Assembly (NCBI GenBank): GCA_945863425.1
Contig: CAMBBW010000001.1
Coordinates: forward strand, 1-63,458
Direction of reading: 5' to 3'
DNA length: 63,458 nt
From: Lishizhenia tianjinensis
Lineage (GTDB): Bacteria; Bacteroidota; Bacteroidia; Flavobacteriales_D; Crocinitomicaceae
This document shows, piece by piece, positions 56,539-63,458 of the stretch. The notes under the pieces were generated by a model that worked only from the letters and a program-made list of their open reading frames with translations, made no database searches and was not told where the DNA came from. The position numbers were made by a program, and so were the translations under genes. Every line of letters starts with the position of its first letter. The first letter of the stretch is position 1.

Positions 56539-57444
56539 TTAATTTTTAATGTTTTTATTCAAGGGCACTCCTTGATGGCTTTGTTCGATTTCCTTCACTT
56601 TTTTGGCAGGAGAACCTAAGTAAACACCAGATTCTTCAATTACATGCGCAATAAAACTATTTGCGCCTAAAATTATTGGTTGATTAATCTGCGTTTGCGA
56701 ACTAGCTACAGAGCCCGAACCAAAAAAACAATTGTCAGCAGTAATGACTGAACCGGCAAAAGAAACATTATTGCCGAAATGACAATTTTTTCCTATTTGA
56801 CACCCATGTCCAATTTGAGAACCATGAGCGATTTGTGTTCCAGAACCAATTATTGTGGATTCATTAGCAGATCCACGCACTATAGTAACATTAGAACCAA
56901 TGAACACATTTTCCTGAATTTCAACATTTCCCAATTGATGAAGTTTTACTTTCTCGTCTTTATTCCAAGCCCACATTACACCTTCAGCACCAATTACACT
57001 GTTTGATTCGATAATTGAGCCTTTGCCAATAATGCTTTCAGAATAAATAACAACATTAGAATGAATTACAGCATCTTCTTCAATGGTTGAATTTCCAATA
57101 ACACATCCCGGATTAATGATGACATTATCAGAAATTTTGGCATTTCTATGTATATACGATTTATACTCCTCGCTAAAAATTAAATTTTTCCTATCCAAAT
57201 AATCTTTTTTATAATAATCAGATAATTGATAAAAAAATAATTGAGGTTCATCAACTTCGATGATTTGAACATCTTCAGATAAATCAAAGTTTAACTCTTT
57301 ATCACAGATTAATACACAATTTTTTAAATGTTTTACTGATTCAAGATTTGATCCTGTGTAATACGTAATGTGTTGAAATGAAGCCTTTTTTAATACCGAC
57401 AATTGGTAATTTAAGGGAATGTTATATTTTTCAATTAAGTTCAT
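56539..57444 (-). CDS. LpxD-like left-handed beta-helix N-acyltransferase
   Basis: 301 aa. A ~100-aa N-terminal domain is followed by many hexapeptide repeats (IGNSTIEEDAVIHSNVVIYSESIIGKGSIIESNSVIG...). Confidence 0.7.
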   Translation of the reverse strand: MNLIEKYNIPLNYQLSVLKKASFQHITYYTGSNLESVKHLKNCVLICDKELNFDLSEDVQIIEVDEPQLFFYQLSDYYKKDYLDRKNLIFSEEYKSYIHRNAKISDNVIINPGCVIGNSTIEEDAVIHSNVVIYSESIIGKGSIIESNSVIGAEGVMWAWNKDEKVKLHQLGNVEIQENVFIGSNVTIVRGSANESTIIGSGTQIAHGSQIGHGCQIGKNCHFGNNVSFAGSVITADNCFFGSGSVASSQTQINQPIILGANSFIAHVIEESGVYLGSPAKKVKEIEQSHQGVPLNKNIKN

Positions 57445-57451
57445 TGATTTC

Positions 57452-57979
57452 TTATCTTTTCACGGCAGGAATCCCCATATAAACTGAATTATCCTCACAA
57501 TCTTTGTTCACAAATGCCAAAGATCCGATCGTTACATTGTTGCCAATTGTAATTCCATGCTGCAAAACTGCATTTGTTCCGATAAAGCAATTCGCGCCTA
57601 TTTTAGCGCCTCCAATTTGTTTTTTAGAGGTGTTTAAGTTATTTGTCATTACCCTCGGACAAATATACGTGTTATTGCCTATTTCTACTCCCCTTGCAAT
57701 TATAGTGTCATAACGTAAGATTACATCATCTCCAATAATACAATCACCTGAAGATGAAACCCTTGAGTCTATTGTGCAATTTTTACCGATTATTGTATTC
57801 TCACGTAACTCTACGAAATTCTTGATGATTGTATTATCTCCAATTTTTACGTGATTTTTTAAGATACAATGGTGCTCAATAATCACATTATTTCCGATTT
57901 CAACATCATCCTCTATAATCGTGAAATGACCTATTTGAACATTTTTACCAATTTTTGCTTTTGAAGAAATTACATTCAT
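57452..57979 (-). CDS. Hexapeptide-repeat sugar N/O-acetyltransferase
   Basis: 175 aa, made almost entirely of left-handed beta-helix repeats (IGKNVQIGHFTIIEDDVEIGNNVIIEHHCIL...). Confidence 0.75.
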   Translation of the reverse strand: MNVISSKAKIGKNVQIGHFTIIEDDVEIGNNVIIEHHCILKNHVKIGDNTIIKNFVELRENTIIGKNCTIDSRVSSSGDCIIGDDVILRYDTIIARGVEIGNNTYICPRVMTNNLNTSKKQIGGAKIGANCFIGTNAVLQHGITIGNNVTIGSLAFVNKDCEDNSVYMGIPAVKR

Positions 57980-59082
57980 TTTGAGTTGATAATTAGTTGA
58001 TCTTTAATGATTGAGCTTATTTTTGAAATACTTTCGGGACTCAAATCATGATAAATAGGTAAACATAAAATCCGCTTGGAAATAGATTCACTTATTGGCA
58101 TAATTATTTTCGTTTGGATGTAACTGAGTGTATTCAATGAAGGATAAAAGTACCTCCGTGGAAAAATCTGCTGATTATTGAGTGATTTTTCAACTTTCAA
58201 TAATTGCTCCTCCGTTTCAAAAATAATGGGAAAATAACTGAAATTCCAATTTGTATTTTCGCGAATCTTTAAAAATTGAAAATTACATCCAGCCAATTCA
58301 CTTAGATACATCTGACAAATTAATTTTCGTTTTTCTTTAATTTCATTGAAATAAGGTAGTACGGCTAAACCCAGAGCTGCCTGAAGTTCAGACATTTTAG
58401 CATTAATTCCAACGCTATGAAAATTATGAGGCCCATTATGCCCGAAATTATGAAAATGAAACAATGGCGAAACAAATTCAGGATCATTTGCAAACAATGC
58501 TCCTCCTTCTCCCGTGTGGAATATCTTGGTTGCGTGGAAACTGCATGTAGCAATGTCGCCATGTTTAAAAACACTCTGATTATCAACTTCAACCCCAAAG
58601 GCATGCGCCGCATCATAGATTACTTTTAAATTGTATTTAAGAGCTAATTTAGAAATCGACTCTACATTGCAAGGATTGCCGTAAACATGCGTTGCTAAAA
58701 TGCAAGTAGTCTGCGGGGTAATTGCTGATTCTATTTTAGTTTCATCAATTGTTAAGTATTCCGGATGAATATCAACAAAGACCGGAGTGCAATTTTCCCA
58801 AACAATACTAGATAGTGTTGCCACATAACTAAATGGAGTAGTAATAATCTCTCCTTTTTTTCCCAATAGCTTCAATGCAAGTTGTAGGGGTAAAGTACCA
58901 TTTGTGGTACACAGAACGTTATCAACACCCAAGAATTCAGTCAATTTAGACTCTAACTCCTTTGTGAGTTGCCCCCTATTCGTAATCCATCTGTCCTGCC
59001 AAGCACGATCTAAAAATGAATCAAAATCTGCTTTTGGAGGAAGAAATGATTTTGTAACAGGTATCATCAAGGTGTTAATCAT
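57976..59082 (-). CDS. DegT/DnrJ/EryC1/StrS-family PLP-dependent sugar aminotransferase
   Basis: 368 aa. Family-typical N-terminus (PVTKSFLPP...ELESKLTEFLGV) and Schiff-base Lys context CSFHATKIFHTGEGG. Confidence 0.85.
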   Translation of the reverse strand: MINTLMIPVTKSFLPPKADFDSFLDRAWQDRWITNRGQLTKELESKLTEFLGVDNVLCTTNGTLPLQLALKLLGKKGEIITTPFSYVATLSSIVWENCTPVFVDIHPEYLTIDETKIESAITPQTTCILATHVYGNPCNVESISKLALKYNLKVIYDAAHAFGVEVDNQSVFKHGDIATCSFHATKIFHTGEGGALFANDPEFVSPLFHFHNFGHNGPHNFHSVGINAKMSELQAALGLAVLPYFNEIKEKRKLICQMYLSELAGCNFQFLKIRENTNWNFSYFPIIFETEEQLLKVEKSLNNQQIFPRRYFYPSLNTLSYIQTKIIMPISESISKRILCLPIYHDLSPESISKISSIIKDQLIINSK

Positions 59083-60592
59083 TGGGACTTATTGCATTCG
59101 ATTTAAAAAGAATTTTTTTTCCGAAAACAGTTTTGAAATCATTCAACAAATCTAGTATAAATAATAAACCATCCGTTTTTGCGAGAAAGTGAAAAATAAA
59201 ATAGAAGATAACAAAACCAATGGAAAAAGAAAACCGAGTTGCAAATACCTGCAAATCCAAAAATTCAAATAAAAACAGAGACGGAACCAACGGAATAAAA
59301 CAAATTGAAAACAACTTAAGGTGTTTAAAAATAGGGATATCTACCTGATTTTTTAGCATAATCATATTGAAGAAAGTATTTATGTAAGTGATAATTACCC
59401 AAATTACTGTAAAAAGCCAAATTCCGTATTGAAAAGCAAAGTAAAACGGAATTAAACTCACTAGCTTACGAATTGTTCCGAAATAGAAATTTTCTTTGGA
59501 CTTCCCCTTACTCATCATTGCATTCCACATCAATGAATTCAAAGGAATTGCGCAACTTGCTAAAATTAGAATTTGAAAAATTGGAATCGATTGTTGCCAT
59601 TTACGTCCAAAAAGCAGAAGTATAATATCACTTCCTAAAAAATATAATATTCCACTCAATAAAAAACTCACAAGTGATATCAAAGAGAACATCTTGAAAT
59701 AAATGCGTTGATATGCCGCATGATCATTTTGAAGTTTACTTAAAACAGGAAATAAAACGCGAATGATTGAACTGGATGAGTATTTAGTCACTTGTTCCTT
59801 CAATGTAGATGCTCTAGAATAAAATCCGATCGTAACGGGAGGGAAAAATTTTGCCAGTAAAAAAACATCTAAACGTACAAATACACTGTTCACAATACGC
59901 TCAAAAAACGCATAACTACTAAAACCTAATAATTTTTTCAGCTCTTCAAAGGAAAAGTATAAGGATGGCTTCCAAATTCCAGTTGACCATAAAAAAACGC
60001 TACTAAAAAAACCAAAACTTAAATATTGTAAAACTATACTAAATACACCCCAATCTTGATATGCAGCAATTATTCCTAATGTACCGCTTAACACCGAGGC
60101 ACTAAACGTGCGTAAAGTAATGTACTTAAAATTTAATTCCTTACTTAAAATGGCATTTTGAACACGATTAAAGGAATTAAAAATAAAAGATAATGATAAC
60201 CAACGAACTATTGTTACAATGCTAGGATTATGATAAAATTCCCCAATCCATGGAGCGATAAAATAAAAAATACCTGTTAAAATAACACCTGCAAATACAT
60301 TAAAGTAAAAAATGGAACTATACGTCTTTTGTGTATTCTTTTGATTTTGAATGAGTGCAGTTGAAAATCCCACATCCAAGAAAACACTGAAAACACTCAC
60401 AAAAGCTAATGCCATAGCAACCAAACCAAACTCCTCTGGAGCAAGCAATCTAGCCAAAATAATACTAACAACAAACGTACTACCCTGGGTTAGAAATCTC
60501 CCAAGAATATCCCAAGAAAAAGCACGGATAGTTTGTTTTTTAATCGAGGTCAATGGGTTTTTGAATGAATTAAATATTCTGCAAACTCCCAA
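59075..60592 (-). CDS. wzx: Wzx-type (MOP superfamily) polysaccharide flippase
   Basis: 505 aa, multi-TM, typical VSIILARLLAPEEFGLVAMA segment. ATG 60592 overlaps the upstream gene by 43 nt. An in-frame TTG at 60553 forms a TTGA overlap with the upstream stop and is an alternative start. Confidence 0.8.
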   Translation of the reverse strand: MGVCRIFNSFKNPLTSIKKQTIRAFSWDILGRFLTQGSTFVVSIILARLLAPEEFGLVAMALAFVSVFSVFLDVGFSTALIQNQKNTQKTYSSIFYFNVFAGVILTGIFYFIAPWIGEFYHNPSIVTIVRWLSLSFIFNSFNRVQNAILSKELNFKYITLRTFSASVLSGTLGIIAAYQDWGVFSIVLQYLSFGFFSSVFLWSTGIWKPSLYFSFEELKKLLGFSSYAFFERIVNSVFVRLDVFLLAKFFPPVTIGFYSRASTLKEQVTKYSSSSIIRVLFPVLSKLQNDHAAYQRIYFKMFSLISLVSFLLSGILYFLGSDIILLLFGRKWQQSIPIFQILILASCAIPLNSLMWNAMMSKGKSKENFYFGTIRKLVSLIPFYFAFQYGIWLFTVIWVIITYINTFFNMIMLKNQVDIPIFKHLKLFSICFIPLVPSLFLFEFLDLQVFATRFSFSIGFVIFYFIFHFLAKTDGLLFILDLLNDFKTVFGKKILFKSNAISPND

Positions 60593-61245
60593 TCTATCGA
60601 ATCATCAATATCAACGGAAAATTCAATTGGCATTATAAATTTTCTAACCTTGGTAAAATCAGATATGTTAGTTGATTTTAAAGCATTTATTTTCAGTAAA
60701 TAAATTGAACCATTATAAGCATAAACTTTGGGTGATTCCTGTCTATTTAAAGCAGTACTATTTTTTGATTTCAGCATAAAACCTTCCTCATTTTCTTCAA
60801 AAAGGTTAAAATATGGGTTGAGCTTACTTTCTTTAACGGAAACAACCATTTCTACTGAATCATCAAACAATTTCAACATTGCTATTAAATCAAGTGACCT
60901 CCGAAATGGAGAAGTTGGTTGCAATAAAATAAGACCTTGGTAATTATTCCCCACCGCTTCTTGTTTTGTAATTATGTATTTCAACACTTCTTGCATGCTA
61001 GCTTGATCGGTAGCTAAATGTGAAGGTCGCAGCTCAGTAGCCATTATTCCATTTTGCTCAGCAATTTGAAGAATCACCTCATCGTCTGTTGAAAGATAAA
61101 TTTGTGTTCGATCAAAATTTTCTAACGCAAAATCGATTGAATATTGAATTAATGGTTTACCATTCAATAATTTACGGTTTTTACCCGGGATTCCTTTGGA
61201 ACCTTTTCGGGCAGGTATAACAACTAAAAACTGGGTTAAATCCAT
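60550..61245 (-). CDS. Acylneuraminate cytidylyltransferase-family CMP-nonulosonic acid synthetase
   Basis: 231 aa. N-terminal VVIPARKGSKGIPGKN and LLQPTSPFR motifs. Confidence 0.8.
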   Translation of the reverse strand: MDLTQFLVVIPARKGSKGIPGKNRKLLNGKPLIQYSIDFALENFDRTQIYLSTDDEVILQIAEQNGIMATELRPSHLATDQASMQEVLKYIITKQEAVGNNYQGLILLQPTSPFRRSLDLIAMLKLFDDSVEMVVSVKESKLNPYFNLFEENEEGFMLKSKNSTALNRQESPKVYAYNGSIYLLKINALKSTNISDFTKVRKFIMPIEFSVDIDDSIDWEFAEYLIHSKTH

Positions 61246-62291
61246 TCGAATTTTATGTTTTTAGAATCCTCTTGTGCCCGTTGAAAATCAGAATGACTTC
61301 CGATATCTAACCAATACCCATGATGCTCATAAGCTCGAACTTTTTTATTGTTTTGGATGAGCTTTTCGATAAAATCAGTAGCCATGAATTCAGTATTCAT
61401 TGGGATAAAATCTAAACATTCCCTTTTAAACAAATAAAACCCTCCATTGGAGTAATATGTATAGGTTGGCTTCTCCTTTAAATCAGAGATATAACCATCA
61501 TTCAATTCTAACACGGCATAAGGAATGTCAATTTTATAGGGAATAGACAATACACTTAAATCCGCATTTGTTTTAATAAAATCTAAGTAATAAGATTCTA
61601 AATCAATGTTTGTTAACAAATCTGCATTACAAACAAGAATGTGATTGTGAGAAAATTCTTTGATCAATGAAACAGCACCCATGGTACCTAAAAACTCAGT
61701 TTCTATGATGACTCTCAGTCGATCAAATCCATTGTCTTGTTTTTCTGCAACATATTCAACTAATTGATTCGATAAATAATTAGAAGTTATCCAAATATCA
61801 CTGATTCCAAAATAGTTGAACTGATCAATTGCATATTCTATAATAGGTTTTTGATTAATTGGAAGTAGTGGTTTGGGAATATGATCCGTCAACGGTCTTA
61901 ATCGTTCACCTTTCCCCCCCGCCATAATAACAACATCAATGGGTAAAATTGATTTTTTAAGCCTAAAATTGATTACATCAACAATGATCTTTTCTTTGTT
62001 TAGAATTGGAACAATTGAGAAATTAAGTTCCCTAAATTCTTTTAAATTAACAAGGTCCATTTGATCTTCAAAAAGTACTTTCGGGTCAATATTCATTGCT
62101 AATCCAACATTCTCTTCAATGGTAATACCTTTTAACAAAGCCCGTCTTATATCGCCATCTGTTAGAGAACCAATTAATTCATTTTTCTCGGTTACAACGA
62201 ATAGAACACCATCTTTGCCAAGTTCATTCAACTGTTTAAGCGCCAATTTAATGGAAGCTGTTATCTCTAAAAGATGAAGTTTATTCAACAT
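61236..62291 (-). CDS. CBS-pair + sugar-phosphate nucleotidyltransferase (PtmE-like)
   Basis: 351 aa. CBS segments (LFVVTEKNELIGSLTDGDIRRALL), then VIMAGGKGERLRPLTDHIPKPLLPI. Confidence 0.8.
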   Translation of the reverse strand: MLNKLHLLEITASIKLALKQLNELGKDGVLFVVTEKNELIGSLTDGDIRRALLKGITIEENVGLAMNIDPKVLFEDQMDLVNLKEFRELNFSIVPILNKEKIIVDVINFRLKKSILPIDVVIMAGGKGERLRPLTDHIPKPLLPINQKPIIEYAIDQFNYFGISDIWITSNYLSNQLVEYVAEKQDNGFDRLRVIIETEFLGTMGAVSLIKEFSHNHILVCNADLLTNIDLESYYLDFIKTNADLSVLSIPYKIDIPYAVLELNDGYISDLKEKPTYTYYSNGGFYLFKRECLDFIPMNTEFMATDFIEKLIQNNKKVRAYEHHGYWLDIGSHSDFQRAQEDSKNIKFEWI

Positions 62292-62294
62292 AAT

Positions 62295-63413
62295 TTAGGC
62301 TTGGGTTAAATCCAAAGTTAGAATAGTTGTGAGAATTTTCGATGCCGCATCTCCATCTCCGTAAAAATGGCTGTTTAAATTTTCAATTCCTTTGTTTTCA
62401 ATCTCCTTGATTGATTCTACTATTTTATTTTGATCAAATGTACAACCAACAATATTTGGTGTTAACACCCTTCCTTTTTGTCTTATTCCAATATTGATTA
62501 CCCACTTAGCCAATGCGGCTGCTTCAACGAATCCAGAAGAGGAGTTACCAATGATAAATTCAGCATATTTCATAGCTGATAGATATCCCTTTCTACCCAA
62601 ATTTTCTCTCAGAAAAACATTTTTATGATTATCCGCAAATTCTTTAAAAACGGTTCGAATGATTTCATTGGATGTATCTGAATTTGGCATTGTTATTAAA
62701 AATTGCTTTCCTTCAATTTGTGTCAATGCACTGCAAAGTGTTACAACGTGCGCTTGTGTTTGTTCAAAATTGGTTGTTTCAGAATGTAAGGTGCATAAAA
62801 CCGTAGGTATTGAAAAATCTATTTCAAATTGTTCTTTCAGTTCTTTAATGGATAAAAAATTCATCTTGTTGATATTATCCACTGACAGACTGCCCACATT
62901 ATAAATAGACTCATCTGCACCAATCAATTCTGCCAATCGATTTTTATAATTTGCACACGAAACAAAATGAATGGTTGACATGTGAGAAATTGAATGCCTA
63001 AAACAATTATCAATGGCTCCTAGGGTTGTTTCTCCTCCATACAAATGGGCAAATTTCACTTGAAAAGAAAGTCCTGCAGTGACGGCGGCAAACATTTCGT
63101 ACCGATCACCTAAGGCAAAAACCAAATCATAGGAATGATCCTGCCAAAATTCTGCAAAGGAGGAAATTGTTCTAGCCATTGCTTCAGAAATACCTTTTGG
63201 AGAATCATCTAAAGAAATACAATGTTCAATTTGATGGTTAACAAAAACTCCATCTTTTAAAATCTCTTGTAAAGTTCTCCCATGATTCTCTGACAAATGC
63301 GTTCCAAAAGCAATAATTTCTAATTCAATTTCAGGACACGATTTTATTTTTTTTATCAATGGAAAGTAAATTCCATAATCGGCTCGAGAAGATGTCAATA
63401 AACCGATTTTCAT
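62295..63413 (-). CDS. neuC: UDP-N-acetylglucosamine 2-epimerase (hydrolysing), NeuC/LegG-like
   Basis: MKIGLLTSSRADYGIYFPLIKKI N-terminus and a GT-B epimerase layout. ATG 63413 preferred over track GTG 63419, because it forms an ATGA overlap with an open upstream frame. Confidence 0.85.
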   Translation of the reverse strand: MKIGLLTSSRADYGIYFPLIKKIKSCPEIELEIIAFGTHLSENHGRTLQEILKDGVFVNHQIEHCISLDDSPKGISEAMARTISSFAEFWQDHSYDLVFALGDRYEMFAAVTAGLSFQVKFAHLYGGETTLGAIDNCFRHSISHMSTIHFVSCANYKNRLAELIGADESIYNVGSLSVDNINKMNFLSIKELKEQFEIDFSIPTVLCTLHSETTNFEQTQAHVVTLCSALTQIEGKQFLITMPNSDTSNEIIRTVFKEFADNHKNVFLRENLGRKGYLSAMKYAEFIIGNSSSGFVEAAALAKWVINIGIRQKGRVLTPNIVGCTFDQNKIVESIKEIENKGIENLNSHFYGDGDAASKILTTILTLDLTQA

Positions 63414-63458
63414 TCGCACAAATCGTTGAAATTTAGTTTATGCCCTGTCTCAAGGTCA

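Noticed and set aside
63410-63458. Possible 3' end of another minus-strand CDS (...DLETGHKLNFNDLCE, then TGA overlapping the neuC ATG)
   Set aside because: Only 16 codons are visible, too short to call as a feature. Noted only as a hint that the operon continues.
1-63458. Search by eye for CRISPR arrays, IS elements or transposases, integrases, tRNA/rRNA/tmRNA genes and toxin-antitoxin or defence-system gene pairs
   Set aside because: None found. The largest non-coding gaps are about 221, 124, 112 and 92 nt, are AT-rich, and show no tRNA-like or repeat-spacer structure. Every large ORF has a housekeeping, T9SS or glycan-synthesis assignment, or is a secreted protein.

Overview
AT-rich, very gene-dense chromosomal segment: about 51 protein-coding genes, many with overlapping or abutting boundaries. 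I found no rRNA, tRNA, CRISPR array, transposase or integrase. Gene content points to a Bacteroidota genome, probably Flavobacteriia-like: a gldJ / PorP-SprF-like / porU / porV type IX secretion (T9SS) cluster, bshA, several proteins with T9SS C-terminal sorting domains, and TAnnTTTG promoter boxes. Bases 1-40.2 kb are core housekeeping genes: rluD, murF, ispF, dxr, uvrD-like helicase, rlmI, fmt, secA, kdsC, mutL, two rhomboid proteases, an M61 peptidase and a LOG-family protein. Bases 40.3-63.5 kb are a Wzx/Wzy-type surface-polysaccharide locus. It comprises wzc-wza-phosphoglycosyltransferase, then an oppositely oriented T9SS repeat protein, then a roughly 16.4 kb single-strand run of 16 tightly packed genes that continues past the window end. 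That run includes a nonulosonic-acid (legionaminic-acid-like) module. I do not see a clear-cut new defence or mobile system. The best candidates for undescribed biology are: (1) a block of three ATP-dependent amide-forming enzymes plus DUF354 and a deacetylase-like protein inside the glycan operon; (2) a secreted protein built from six Cys-bracketed ~100-aa modules that I cannot assign to a known family; (3) fmt interrupted by one in-frame TGA at a position where Gly is expected; (4) promoter -7 boxes exactly 6 nt from ATG in three genes, implying leaderless mRNAs; (5) an oversized GldJ encoded directly downstream of, and probably co-transcribed with, a PorP/SprF-like gene. All product calls rest on motifs and synteny recognised by eye. 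No searches were run, and hand-derived coordinates of short motifs may be off by 1-2 nt.
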